Source: Bacteriovoracaceae bacterium
GTDB lineage: Bacteria; Bdellovibrionota; Bacteriovoracia; Bacteriovoracales; Bacteriovoracaceae
NCBI GenBank assembly: GCA_049599895.1
Contig: JBMYPC010000007.1
Coordinates: forward strand, 1 to 43,747
Direction of reading: 5' to 3'
Length of the DNA: 43,747 nucleotides
Shown here: piece by piece, positions 1 through 9,110 of the stretch
Position numbering within the stretch: position 1 is the stretch's first letter
Layout of the letters: each line of letters starts with the position of its first letter
Made by a program: the position numbers and the translations under genes
Notes under the pieces: model-generated
The model's input: only the letters and a program-made list of their open reading frames with translations
Told to the model about the DNA's origin: nothing
The model's database searches: none

Positions 1-2
1 AT

Positions 3-665
3 GTGGCCCTTGAACAAAGAGGTTTTAAAAGATCTTATTCACGCTCAAAAGCAAATATCATCGTTGAGTTGAGCTATTTTAGACAGGGACCCTTCCAACT
101 AAAGAGAACAGGAATCAATCATTATTGGGAAAACTGGTCTCCCTTTATTGAAAATGACATCACCTCTTCAGCAACGGAAACTCAGGCCACATATGATTTT
201 CTCAAAAAACAAAGAGACATTAAGTACTGGAGAAAGAACCAAGAAAAATTCATCTTCAAGTACAATGTTTTCTTAACCACCATTAAGCTTCGAGGAATTT
301 TAAGAGCCGATAATAAAACTCTTTTTGAGCCTCTGATTGCCTTTGAAAATACCATCACGGCTCTTGGCCAAAACCGAAGATTCAAATCAGCTTTTATCGC
401 CGGCATTGCAGGAACTTATGAAGATTGGTTACAAGATATTCAAAAGCCAAAGATTACTGTCTTTGATCATAACGACCCAAGAGCTTTTGATTTCTATGAA
501 AAAGTTGTTGCTGAAGTTTATTATCAAAAGACCAATAACACCCAGGTCATGTATGAAAATCATCGTAACCTAGATGATAAAGAAATTAAGAAATACTACC
601 TCAACCGCAAAAAGCAGTTTGATCTGAATCCTCTTTATGTGGATTATGACGCTATAATGGATTAA
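3..665 (+). CDS. Hypothetical protein, probably 5'-truncated by the window edge
   Basis: 220-aa ORF open from the window start, convergent with the next gene (3-nt gap). No motif recognised. Confidence 0.6.
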   Translation: MALEQRGFKRSYSRSKANIIVELSYFRQGPFQLKRTGINHYWENWSPFIENDITSSATETQATYDFLKKQRDIKYWRKNQEKFIFKYNVFLTTIKLRGILRADNKTLFEPLIAFENTITALGQNRRFKSAFIAGIAGTYEDWLQDIQKPKITVFDHNDPRAFDFYEKVVAEVYYQKTNNTQVMYENHRNLDDKEIKKYYLNRKKQFDLNPLYVDYDAIMD

Positions 666-668
666 AGA

Positions 669-1493
669 TTAGACCCAAGTTTCAGCTTGTCTATTAGTTT
701 CAAGCTGATCCTGGAGGCGAATGATCTCATTTGAAAGACGCGTGTTAATCTCTTGATATTTTTTTGCATAAGCTTGTGACTTTCGAATCTCTTCTTCTTT
801 TTTCACAAACTCATTTTGAAACCAGTCTGCTTGTCCGCTAATTTTTTCATTGGCAGCGTTAAGAGCAGATTTGAGCTTTCTTTCGTTTTCTTCAAGCCCT
901 GAAACTTGAGCTTCCAATCGCGTCTTGTCATCAAGCTCACTGGCAAGTGCATCTTCGAGAGTTTTGACAGTTTTTTCAGAACGCTCAATCTGATTGTTTA
1001 ACTTAAGATTTTCTTGAATGACATTATTAAAAACATCTTCACTTTCTTTGACTTGAGTATGGGCACTCTTTAACTCTTGATTAAGCTTTTGCGAAAGCTC
1101 TGTGACCTTTTTCAGTTGGGATTTAAGATCTTTAATTTCATCTTCTTTTTGAATCACAACGGTTTGCCAGAGATCTTTTTCAAGTTGTCTTTCTTCTTCA
1201 GCCTCATTGGCCTTATGAATTAAACGTTCGGCTTTTTTATTATTCTTTTCTTGAATTGATTTAAGCTCTGCTTGAAGAACTTCGATATTAGAATGGCCTT
1301 CAGCACGAATATCGCTCACTTGGTTTTTATGGTGTTTAATCTCAGGGTTTCTTTCGTTCCAAACCGCTTCTAAAAGTTTTCTTAAAGCATCAACCCCAAC
1401 CTTTTTCTCAATAGCAGAAAAAAGAAATCGATTTGATCGATAGAATTGTGAAAAAGATTTAAATGACTGAGAGGGAGTTTGATTCGCATCCAT
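669..1493 (-). CDS. Coiled-coil protein
   Basis: 274 aa, E/K/Q/L-rich with heptad character over most of its length. GAGG SD-like sequence upstream of the ATG. Confidence 0.75.
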   Translation of the reverse strand: MDANQTPSQSFKSFSQFYRSNRFLFSAIEKKVGVDALRKLLEAVWNERNPEIKHHKNQVSDIRAEGHSNIEVLQAELKSIQEKNNKKAERLIHKANEAEEERQLEKDLWQTVVIQKEDEIKDLKSQLKKVTELSQKLNQELKSAHTQVKESEDVFNNVIQENLKLNNQIERSEKTVKTLEDALASELDDKTRLEAQVSGLEENERKLKSALNAANEKISGQADWFQNEFVKKEEEIRKSQAYAKKYQEINTRLSNEIIRLQDQLETNRQAETWV

Positions 1494-1695
1494 GCTATAA
1501 CCTCATTATGATCGATAATCGATAAAGTGAAAGCATCTCCATTCAACTTTCACCCTACTATTGTCCCGCGTAGAAAGATATTAGTCAAGATTAGGGCAAA
1601 TCCGAGAACATCACTCAATCAAGTATATGAAACTACTTGTCGCAAAGAAGAAAAACAATCTAATATAAGAGTGCTTTACTCAACACATTCAAAGT

Positions 1696-2847
1696 TTGCC
1701 CTTGAAACAGACAATATTAATCAGTTTTTTTACTATCTCGACTTTTGCTTTAATCGACAATGGAAGAAGTGCAGCCTACCCCTTTATTCTCAAAGACTTT
1801 TTACTTGATCCCCAATCGGGCTCACTTATTTTTACTATAAGCGCCCTTACAGCACTTTTAACAAGTCTTCTCTCTAAATACTGGCTGCCGACTCTAGGAG
1901 TTCAAGGAGCCTTACGCCACCTTCTTCTGAGCGAGTTCATTGGTGCCCTTCTTATGGGCCTATCTCTTCCGCTGAATTTAGGAGTCTTTGGTCTTTACCT
2001 TGGTAGCGTTCTTTTTGGTCTTGGAGCTGGAGGGGCAACAATCTGTATGAATCTTCTCATTACAGAAAACCCTGAAATTAAAAACAAAAAAAATATCCTC
2101 TCTGGAATTCATTCAGTTTATGCTCTGATGTCCTTGCTTGCGCCATTTTTTATGAATGGAATCCTTAAAGTGACTCAATGGTATGTTTACTTTCTTTTTG
2201 CTGCTATTCTACCGCTCTTTTTAAGCCTTGGACTCTTTGGCCTTAAAAGCCTCCGTGAACAAAACTTTAAAGTTGAAAGAAAACACTTTAAAGATTGTCC
2301 CTTAAGCCTCAAGTTTTTATTTGGGGGATTTCTCGCACTCAATGTTGTCGCCGAGGTCTGTGTTTCTTCAAGACTCGTTATTTACTTTGTGAAGGCCCAT
2401 AACTACGAACCTCAAGATGCCAATATGGTTCTTTCACTATTTTTCCTATGCCTTTTTCTTACGCGCTTTCTTGGAATTGTCCTCTTTAAAAATTCCAATA
2501 TCAAAATGATTCTCTTCCTGTCGGCCTTTTCAAGTTTTATTTGCCTAATTCTTGGAGTCTTCGTGGACCCTATCATGCTTGCGATCATGGCCTTTCCAAT
2601 GGGACTCGTTTTTCCCTACACCCTTACTTTCGCAAGAGAGAGCTTTCCCGAATATTCTGGCGCTCTTGTGGCCTCAGTTTTAAATACTGTAAGTGTTCTG
2701 ATCACCCTGATGCACTTTCTTTTTGGAACAGTCTCAAAGTATTTTGGAATTCAGGCAGCGATAACAATTCCCCTTATTGCTTCAGGGCTATCATTCATTC
2801 TATTCTATTTTATTATTCAAAAGACTAATACAAAGGCGCAAACGTGA
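1696..2847 (+). CDS. MFS transporter (FucP/TsgA-like)
   Basis: 383 aa with about 12 hydrophobic segments in two halves. MFS-like motifs GLGAG and LSGIHSVYALMSLLAP. TTG start. Confidence 0.8.
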   Translation: MPLKQTILISFFTISTFALIDNGRSAAYPFILKDFLLDPQSGSLIFTISALTALLTSLLSKYWLPTLGVQGALRHLLLSEFIGALLMGLSLPLNLGVFGLYLGSVLFGLGAGGATICMNLLITENPEIKNKKNILSGIHSVYALMSLLAPFFMNGILKVTQWYVYFLFAAILPLFLSLGLFGLKSLREQNFKVERKHFKDCPLSLKFLFGGFLALNVVAEVCVSSRLVIYFVKAHNYEPQDANMVLSLFFLCLFLTRFLGIVLFKNSNIKMILFLSAFSSFICLILGVFVDPIMLAIMAFPMGLVFPYTLTFARESFPEYSGALVASVLNTVSVLITLMHFLFGTVSKYFGIQAAITIPLIASGLSFILFYFIIQKTNTKAQT

Positions 2848-3395
2848 AATATACTTTGATTTTTTGGTCTCTCATTTTTTCTCTTATCCTTTCTCTGCCA
2901 GGCTTTGCACAAATCTCTAGCGAGAGTTACTCAGCCTTTCAATGTAAAAGTCTTGATCAAAAGAAAGCCATTTTCTTTGAGCAGCAAAAGATTGGAAAAA
3001 ATAATAGCTTTGATTTTATAAGGATTAAAGATTCTAAAAGCTCAGAGGAAGAAGTCACACTTTCAGGTCTTTCTCTTTTTCATCTTCCCAAATGTAGTTT
3101 TTATTTTTTTTCACTCAATCCAAAAGCGGATCACTTTGTCTTTCGAATCCCACTTAGAAAGTCTCTAAGGCCTTTGGAGCTTGAATACAAAAATAAATTG
3201 GAAGGAACATACCACCAAGTCACAATGAACTGCGAGCTCCCTCAAGAGATTGTCGCCTTAAGATCACAATGTCTTAAAAAGCCTAAAGTTTTAAAAGAAA
3301 AGGCAAAAAAGAAAAGATCGACTCCAGTGATTATTCCAGAGTCCATCAAAAAACAATCAAGCCCCAAAAATAAGGGCTCTAAAAGCTTTCGTTAA
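2844..3395 (+). CDS. Secreted hypothetical protein with Lys-rich C-terminal tail
   Basis: Signal peptide MKYTLIFWSLIFSLILSLPGFA-Q. GTGA overlap with the MFS stop codon. Confidence 0.7.
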   Translation: MKYTLIFWSLIFSLILSLPGFAQISSESYSAFQCKSLDQKKAIFFEQQKIGKNNSFDFIRIKDSKSSEEEVTLSGLSLFHLPKCSFYFFSLNPKADHFVFRIPLRKSLRPLELEYKNKLEGTYHQVTMNCELPQEIVALRSQCLKKPKVLKEKAKKKRSTPVIIPESIKKQSSPKNKGSKSFR

Positions 3396-5518
3396 TAACG
3401 AAGACTCTCCACCATAGCGGCTTTAATCTTTTCAGAGTTTGGAAGAATCGCTCGCTCAAGAATTCTATTGAACCCAACAGGAGTAAATGTTGATCCCACT
3501 CTTTTCACAGGAGCATCGAGATGCTCAAAGGCCTTCTCATTAATAATCCCAACAAGCTCACCGCCAAAGCCTCCAAAGACTTTATCTTCATGAACGATGA
3601 GACATCGATTAGTCTTTGCAACAGAAGAGATGATTGTTTCTTCATCGAGAGGATTTAGAGAACGAAGGTCAACAACTTCAACTGAATATCCTTCATCATC
3701 AAGCTGAGCTGCTGCCTCAAGACAATGATGAACTGTGTTTCCATAAGTTAATACAGTCAGGTCACTTCCTTCTTTTCTGATTTTGGCCTTTCCAAAAGGA
3801 ACTTCAAAATCATCAGGGACAGAAGTCATGGCCTGTTTCGCGTTATAAAGGGCCTTCGGCTCAAGATAAAGAGTTGGTCCCTCTGAGCGCATGGCCGTTC
3901 TTAAAAGCCCAGCGGCATCATCAGCAAAGGCAGGAACAACGACTCTGAGTCCAGGGAAAGTTGTCAGACAGCCTTCAATGTTTTGTGAGTGATAAAGACC
4001 ACCGCCGATATAACCACCAGAAGCAAGCCTTACGATGACGTTTGGCGAGAATTGTCCGTTTGATCGCCAATAATCATGAGAAAGTTCCACAAGCTGTTCC
4101 ATGGCAGGCCAAAAATAATCCGCGAACTCTGCCCCTTCAACAACCACTCGAATGTCTTCTCTAAACCTGGAAAAACCATTCGCAGTTCCTAAAATATAAT
4201 CTTCAGCAATTGGTCCGTTAAAAACTCTTTCTTTCCCAAACTCTTGTTGCATTCCTTTACTGACATTGAAGATCCCACCTTTATCTTTGTTGGCCATATC
4301 CTGCCCCCAAATAAAAGTATTAGGGTTATGTCTAAACTCCGCTTTGAGAGTTCCATTAAGAGCATCGATAAACTTAATCGGCTCACTTGTATCTGAATGC
4401 TCACCTTCTGGGTAAAGAGTTGATTCATGGGCCTTAGGAATCACAAAATCAAAAATTGAGTTTGGATCTGGATCTGGAGCATCCATGGCAAGAGAATTGG
4501 CCTCCATCATCTGCTCTTTCGCTTGTGCTTCAATTTTTTCAAGCTCATCTTCTGAGAAAATTTTATTTTTGAGAAGATCGGCACGGAATTGCTTTAGGGG
4601 ATCTTGGTCTACGGCCTCTTGGATCTCTTCTGGAGAACGATAGAGCTCGTGCTTATCTGAATTTGAATGACTATGCATACGAACACATTCAGCGTGAACA
4701 ATAACAGGTTCACCTTCAGCTAGGACGTGATTTCTTGCTTCAATCATGGCATTCATTGAATCGAGAACATCTTTTCCATCACAATGAATAATTCTTAAAT
4801 TTTTGAATCCTGAAAAATTATCTGCGACAAACTCGTTAGCTGTTTGATCACATTTTGGAACAGAGATCCCATAACCGTTATCTTGAAAAACAAAAATAAC
4901 AGGAAGCTTTTCATTAGAAGCCCCATTAATCGCTTCGTAACAATAACCTTCAGAAACAGAACTTTCACCTTGAGAAGAAATTGCAACACCTTTGTGCCCA
5001 TATCTTTTCATCGCTCGGGCCGTCCCCACCGCGTGGAGAGTGTGGTTTCCTGTACAACTTGAAACATTGTGAATATTCCATTCAGGCTTAGCGAAATGGT
5101 TACTCATATGACGACCACCACTAGCAATATCACTTCCTTTAGAAATCCCGTTAAGAATCACTTCTTCAGCTGTTAGCCCTGATGATATTGCTGTCAGCAT
5201 ATCTCGGTAATAAGGAAAAAGATGATCTTCATTAAGAGTAAAGGCTTGCCCAATTGCTAATTGGATTCCGTCGTGGCCAGCATAAGGAGCATGGTATGAC
5301 CAACCAATTGCCTGCTTAAGGTAGTTAGGCGCTCTATCATCAATCATTCGACCAAGGGACATAAGAAAATACCATTGGCGAAAAGTGTCTTTATCTGTTT
5401 TTTCAAAACTAAATCGTTTTTCAACTTTTTTAAGCATATCTGTATTCCCTTTTGCTGTGGTCTTTTTGCTTTGAGCTTTTCTCTTGGAGGCTTTTTTACT
5501 GGTTTTCTTTTTACTCAT
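3392..5518 (-). CDS. 2-oxoacid (probably branched-chain) dehydrogenase E1, fused alpha+beta subunits
   Basis: TPP-binding-type segment GESSVSEG...DNGYGIS and HSHSNSD in the alpha part. GPIAED, GGGLYHSQ, LYLEPK and VVDLRSLNPLD in the beta part. Confidence 0.92.
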   Translation of the reverse strand: MSKKKTSKKASKRKAQSKKTTAKGNTDMLKKVEKRFSFEKTDKDTFRQWYFLMSLGRMIDDRAPNYLKQAIGWSYHAPYAGHDGIQLAIGQAFTLNEDHLFPYYRDMLTAISSGLTAEEVILNGISKGSDIASGGRHMSNHFAKPEWNIHNVSSCTGNHTLHAVGTARAMKRYGHKGVAISSQGESSVSEGYCYEAINGASNEKLPVIFVFQDNGYGISVPKCDQTANEFVADNFSGFKNLRIIHCDGKDVLDSMNAMIEARNHVLAEGEPVIVHAECVRMHSHSNSDKHELYRSPEEIQEAVDQDPLKQFRADLLKNKIFSEDELEKIEAQAKEQMMEANSLAMDAPDPDPNSIFDFVIPKAHESTLYPEGEHSDTSEPIKFIDALNGTLKAEFRHNPNTFIWGQDMANKDKGGIFNVSKGMQQEFGKERVFNGPIAEDYILGTANGFSRFREDIRVVVEGAEFADYFWPAMEQLVELSHDYWRSNGQFSPNVIVRLASGGYIGGGLYHSQNIEGCLTTFPGLRVVVPAFADDAAGLLRTAMRSEGPTLYLEPKALYNAKQAMTSVPDDFEVPFGKAKIRKEGSDLTVLTYGNTVHHCLEAAAQLDDEGYSVEVVDLRSLNPLDEETIISSVAKTNRCLIVHEDKVFGGFGGELVGIINEKAFEHLDAPVKRVGSTFTPVGFNRILERAILPNSEKIKAAMVESLRY

Positions 5519-5803
5519 AATTTTTAACCCTAAACTTTAGTGGGCCTCCAACGTATCTAAGCAGGAACAAAGTTATTTAAGTCCCTAGAATTACTATTTT
5601 TGCGGAACCATTAACATAAACATTTGGAAACTTTTTGGCAATGAGGAACACCCAGAGAATAGATCAATTTAAAGCTATTCTAAGAGTTCGCTGCAGATCA
5701 AAGAGTCCTTAGTCCACAGCCAACCTAACCTATTGATTTTACATTGGATTAAACGATGCTTTTAAGCATTGCAAAATTGTTTCTTAAGAATTTTCAAGAT
5801 TAA

Positions 5804-5832
5804 CTAAGATAAATCGTAGGATATTCCGAAAG
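5804..5832 (+). promoter_or_regulatory. Putative sigma28 (FliA)-type promoter CTAAG-N16-TCCGAAAG
   Basis: Resembles TAAA-N15-GCCGATAA. Lies 15 nt before the ATG at 5848, and the same pattern occurs at three other sites. Confidence 0.5.
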
Positions 5833-5847
5833 GTGGATAGGAATACT

Positions 5848-6669
5848 ATGATGAAATATATTGGACTCACATTACTTTTTAGTTTTTCTGGACTGGCCTA
5901 TGGAATTTCCGACAAGAAGTGCGTGAAGCTTGCCTACGAATACACAAATAAAGACATTATTTATAATGAGTGCGTTGCCCTAGTCATGAACCAAGCAGAA
6001 AAGACAATTCATTATTACAAAGACATCAAAAAGCCTCATCAATACACAACAGTTCAAAGCTATAAAAACATGCTCGTGGTCATTCAAACCGAAGGTGATT
6101 TCTCTGATCATCAAATGATACTCGGGAAAAAAACTGGTTTTCATGAAATTAAAGACATTTCAGCTTCTCTTAAGAGTGTAAAAGGAAAGCCCGTTATAGA
6201 GCTTTCAGTTTTAAACAAACAAAAAGATGGTAGCTATAGCATTAAGAACCTTGTTGATAGCTCTACAGGAAATGCTGCACCTCAAACCCTCTTTTTACCT
6301 AAAAAGGTTGTTCCTCTTAAGCTCTACTCCCCTTCTGGAAATTCTTATTATGTTGTCTCAAACTCAAAAGAGCTCTATCAAATCAAGAAACTCTCACAAA
6401 CAGTCAATCGAAGACCAAGCTCTCAAGCCAAAGCCAAAAGGCCCATCAATATAAACTTTGTGCCAGAAGAGATTTATGAGTTTAAAAAGAAGTCTTTATT
6501 AGTAAATTCTGAGACAAACCAAATCGTCGTTCTCGATACAAAATCCCTTAAAATTGAAAAGACTATAACACCTAATAGCATTGGTCTTCATAACTATGAC
6601 TCAATCGAAGTTATCGGAAACAAAGTCTATTTAAAAGCCGGTGTCAAAACTGAAGAACTAAAGATCTAG
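5848..6669 (+). CDS. Secreted hypothetical protein (beta-rich)
   Basis: ORF track gives 5833. The ATG at 5848 follows TAGGA and gives a clean signal peptide MMKYIGLTLLFSFSGLAYG. Confidence 0.7.
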   Translation: MMKYIGLTLLFSFSGLAYGISDKKCVKLAYEYTNKDIIYNECVALVMNQAEKTIHYYKDIKKPHQYTTVQSYKNMLVVIQTEGDFSDHQMILGKKTGFHEIKDISASLKSVKGKPVIELSVLNKQKDGSYSIKNLVDSSTGNAAPQTLFLPKKVVPLKLYSPSGNSYYVVSNSKELYQIKKLSQTVNRRPSSQAKAKRPININFVPEEIYEFKKKSLLVNSETNQIVVLDTKSLKIEKTITPNSIGLHNYDSIEVIGNKVYLKAGVKTEELKI

Positions 6670-6781
6670 AAGTTCTAGACTCTTTATAAATCCTTTTTTA
6701 CAATCCTCTCCATTCACATTAGTTGATTTAAGAAACATCGCATCAGAGTTTTATTAAAGCTCTGAATACTTAGGAGGCAAA

Positions 6782-7807
6782 ATGCCAATCGCGACTCACG
6801 ACCAATATGTAAAAATGCTGAACTCTGCTCTTGAGGGTGGATATGCTTATCCAGCGATCAACGTCACTTCAACCTCAACAGCAAACGCTGCGATTGAAGC
6901 TTTTGCCAAACAAAAATCAGATGGGATCATTCAAGTCTCAACTGGTGGTGGACAATTTGCCAGTGGTCAGGGAGTTAAAGATATGGTGACTGGAGCAATT
7001 TCAATTGCTCAACACGTTCATCTTGTTGCTGAAAAGTATGACATCACAATTGCTCTTCACACCGATCACTGTCACCCTGAAAAAGTGGAAAGCTTTCTTA
7101 TCCCTCTTATTGAAGAAACGGAAAGAAGAAGAGCAAAAGGTGAGGCCAACCTTTTTCATTCTCATATGTTTGATGGAAGTGTTCTTCCCCTCGATGAAAA
7201 TATTGCGCAATCGAAGGCCCTCTTAGAAAGATGCGCAAAGAATGACATCATTCTTGAAATTGAAACTGGTGTTGTTGGAGGAGAAGAAGATGGTGTTAAC
7301 AATGAAGACACGCCTGCAGATAAGCTTTACACAACTCCAGAAGAGATGGTTGAAATTGCAAAGGCCTTAAGACCAATTGGAAAATTCATGTACGCCGCAA
7401 CCTTTGGAAATGTTCACGGAGTTTATAAACCCGGAAACGTCAAACTTAGACCAGAGATTCTTAAGCTAGGACAAGATGCTGTTGAGAAAGAACTTGGAGC
7501 AGAGGCAAGACACTGGCTTGTTTTCCACGGAGGAAGTGGATCAGAGCTTGGTGAAATTCATGAGACTCTTGGTTATGGAGTCATTAAGATGAATATCGAC
7601 ACTGACACTCAATACGCTTATTCAAAAGCAGTTGTTGATCACATCTTTAAAAACTACGATGCGATGTTAAAAATTGAAGGTGAAGTAGGAAATAAAAAAT
7701 TCTATGATCCAAGAGCATGGATGAAAGCTGCTGAGACTTCGATGACAGATAGGATTGCACAGGCCTGTGATGATCTTAAATCTTCAGGAAAAAGCATCTC
7801 GCTATAA
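6782..7807 (+). CDS. fbaA: Class II fructose-bisphosphate aldolase
   Basis: Motifs YAYPAIN, ALHTDHC, SHMFDGS, GGEEDG, FGNVHGVYKPG, VFHGGSG and KMNIDTD. GGAGG SD. Confidence 0.97.
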   Translation: MPIATHDQYVKMLNSALEGGYAYPAINVTSTSTANAAIEAFAKQKSDGIIQVSTGGGQFASGQGVKDMVTGAISIAQHVHLVAEKYDITIALHTDHCHPEKVESFLIPLIEETERRRAKGEANLFHSHMFDGSVLPLDENIAQSKALLERCAKNDIILEIETGVVGGEEDGVNNEDTPADKLYTTPEEMVEIAKALRPIGKFMYAATFGNVHGVYKPGNVKLRPEILKLGQDAVEKELGAEARHWLVFHGGSGSELGEIHETLGYGVIKMNIDTDTQYAYSKAVVDHIFKNYDAMLKIEGEVGNKKFYDPRAWMKAAETSMTDRIAQACDDLKSSGKSISL

Positions 7808-7833
7808 TTTTTTAAAAACAGATTCTACAAGAT

Positions 7834-7862
7834 AGGGGTAAACTCATATTTACCCTTTTTTT
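7834..7862 (+). terminator. Rho-independent terminator of fbaA
   Basis: Stem GGGTAAA/TTTACCC (extendable by G-U and A-U pairs), loop CTCATA, then a T-tract. Confidence 0.75.
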
Positions 7863-7883
7863 ATGCTCAATCAGTAAAAAAGT

Positions 7884-9110
7884 TTATTCCGTTAATGTAG
7901 GAAGCCCAGTCCCCGAGAAACTCCATTTCCCATCAGACCATGAATTCATTGGTTCGTTCGCAGAATTATAATAATCACTTAATGTTGTTTGAGATTCACA
8001 GTTACCAACTCCATCACTTGAAGCCCCCACCGCAGGCACAGTTGTATGATACGTATAGCAAGTTGTCGCATCATCTACTTCATCAAGATAATATGAGTTA
8101 CTAATAATAGTCCCACTATCAGCATCGTTACTATAGCTTCCTAAAATTTCAGAGACATAAGAACAAGTGTTGCAAGTGACATCGACAAGTGAGAAAACAT
8201 TCGTAAGAACACTGTTTGTTGAAAATGCTCCCACAATTCCTCCTACTTCTTCTTCACCATAAACAGTCCCTTCAGCATAGCCATCAGTAATAGTTGTTGT
8301 GTTAGCAATTCTTCCTGCAATCCCCCCAAAGCCTGTTGTGGTTCCACCTCCACTTGTATCAGTGACTGAACCATTATAATAAACTGAAGAAATTGTACTC
8401 GAACCTGTACTTTGACCACCGATCAATCCACCACATTTCCCATGCCCTCCAGCAGTTCCCGTGCAGTTTACATTCGAGGTTGCCCAGGCTCTTGTAACAT
8501 CTGTTCCAGATTGAATTTCACCTACGATTGAGCCTACATAGGAATAACCCTGAACAGTTCCACCCGAGACAGAGCAATCAGAGATTGTTCCAGCAGTGCT
8601 GAAGCCAACGATCCCACCAACTTCAAATTGAGTCGATGTCACACTGACATTTGTGAGCCTGACATTTTGTATTGTTGCTCCCGATGCATACCCAATAAAG
8701 CCTACAGATGTTCCTGTTGAAGAAATAGTAAGATTACTAATGGTTTTGTTATTTCCATCAAAAGTACCAACGTAATTATTGGTACTATCTCCGATGGGAT
8801 TAAAGTTTCCAATTGAAGACAAATCAAGATCACACATAACAGTATAGCTTTCAGTTACGTACGCGGCTGTATTGGAAATACTATTTAATTGATTAGCAGA
8901 ATAAATCAGATGAGGGTCCCCAGGAGTCCCTGAGCCAAATCGAGTCGGATCAGTCTCCCCTGAATACAGGTCGCAATCAGATTGGTTCCCACCATCTTCA
9001 GAATAACAGCCTCCAAGAAAATCACAATTGGTAGTGGTATCTGTTCCATGGGGATTAAAGATGCATCCCGATATAAAGAGGAAGAATATAATAAAGAGAG
9101 CTTTTACCAT
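7884..9110 (-). CDS. GLUG-motif beta-helix surface lipoprotein
   Basis: Lipobox ISG-C after the ATG at 9110. GSGTPGDPHLI cap, GTFDGNNKTISNL, and repeated VGGIVG motifs. Confidence 0.8.
   Translation of the reverse strand: MVKALFIIFFLFISGCIFNPHGTDTTTNCDFLGGCYSEDGGNQSDCDLYSGETDPTRFGSGTPGDPHLIYSANQLNSISNTAAYVTESYTVMCDLDLSSIGNFNPIGDSTNNYVGTFDGNNKTISNLTISSTGTSVGFIGYASGATIQNVRLTNVSVTSTQFEVGGIVGFSTAGTISDCSVSGGTVQGYSYVGSIVGEIQSGTDVTRAWATSNVNCTGTAGGHGKCGGLIGGQSTGSSTISSVYYNGSVTDTSGGGTTTGFGGIAGRIANTTTITDGYAEGTVYGEEEVGGIVGAFSTNSVLTNVFSLVDVTCNTCSYVSEILGSYSNDADSGTIISNSYYLDEVDDATTCYTYHTTVPAVGASSDGVGNCESQTTLSDYYNSANEPMNSWSDGKWSFSGTGLPTLTE

Noticed and set aside
669..1493. Possible SMC or chromosome segregation protein
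   Set aside because: No Walker motifs or hinge. It is a generic coiled coil.
1527..1808. 93-aa ORF upstream of the MFS gene
   Set aside because: Overlaps the MFS ORF in another frame, has no SD or motif, and covers the divergent promoter region.
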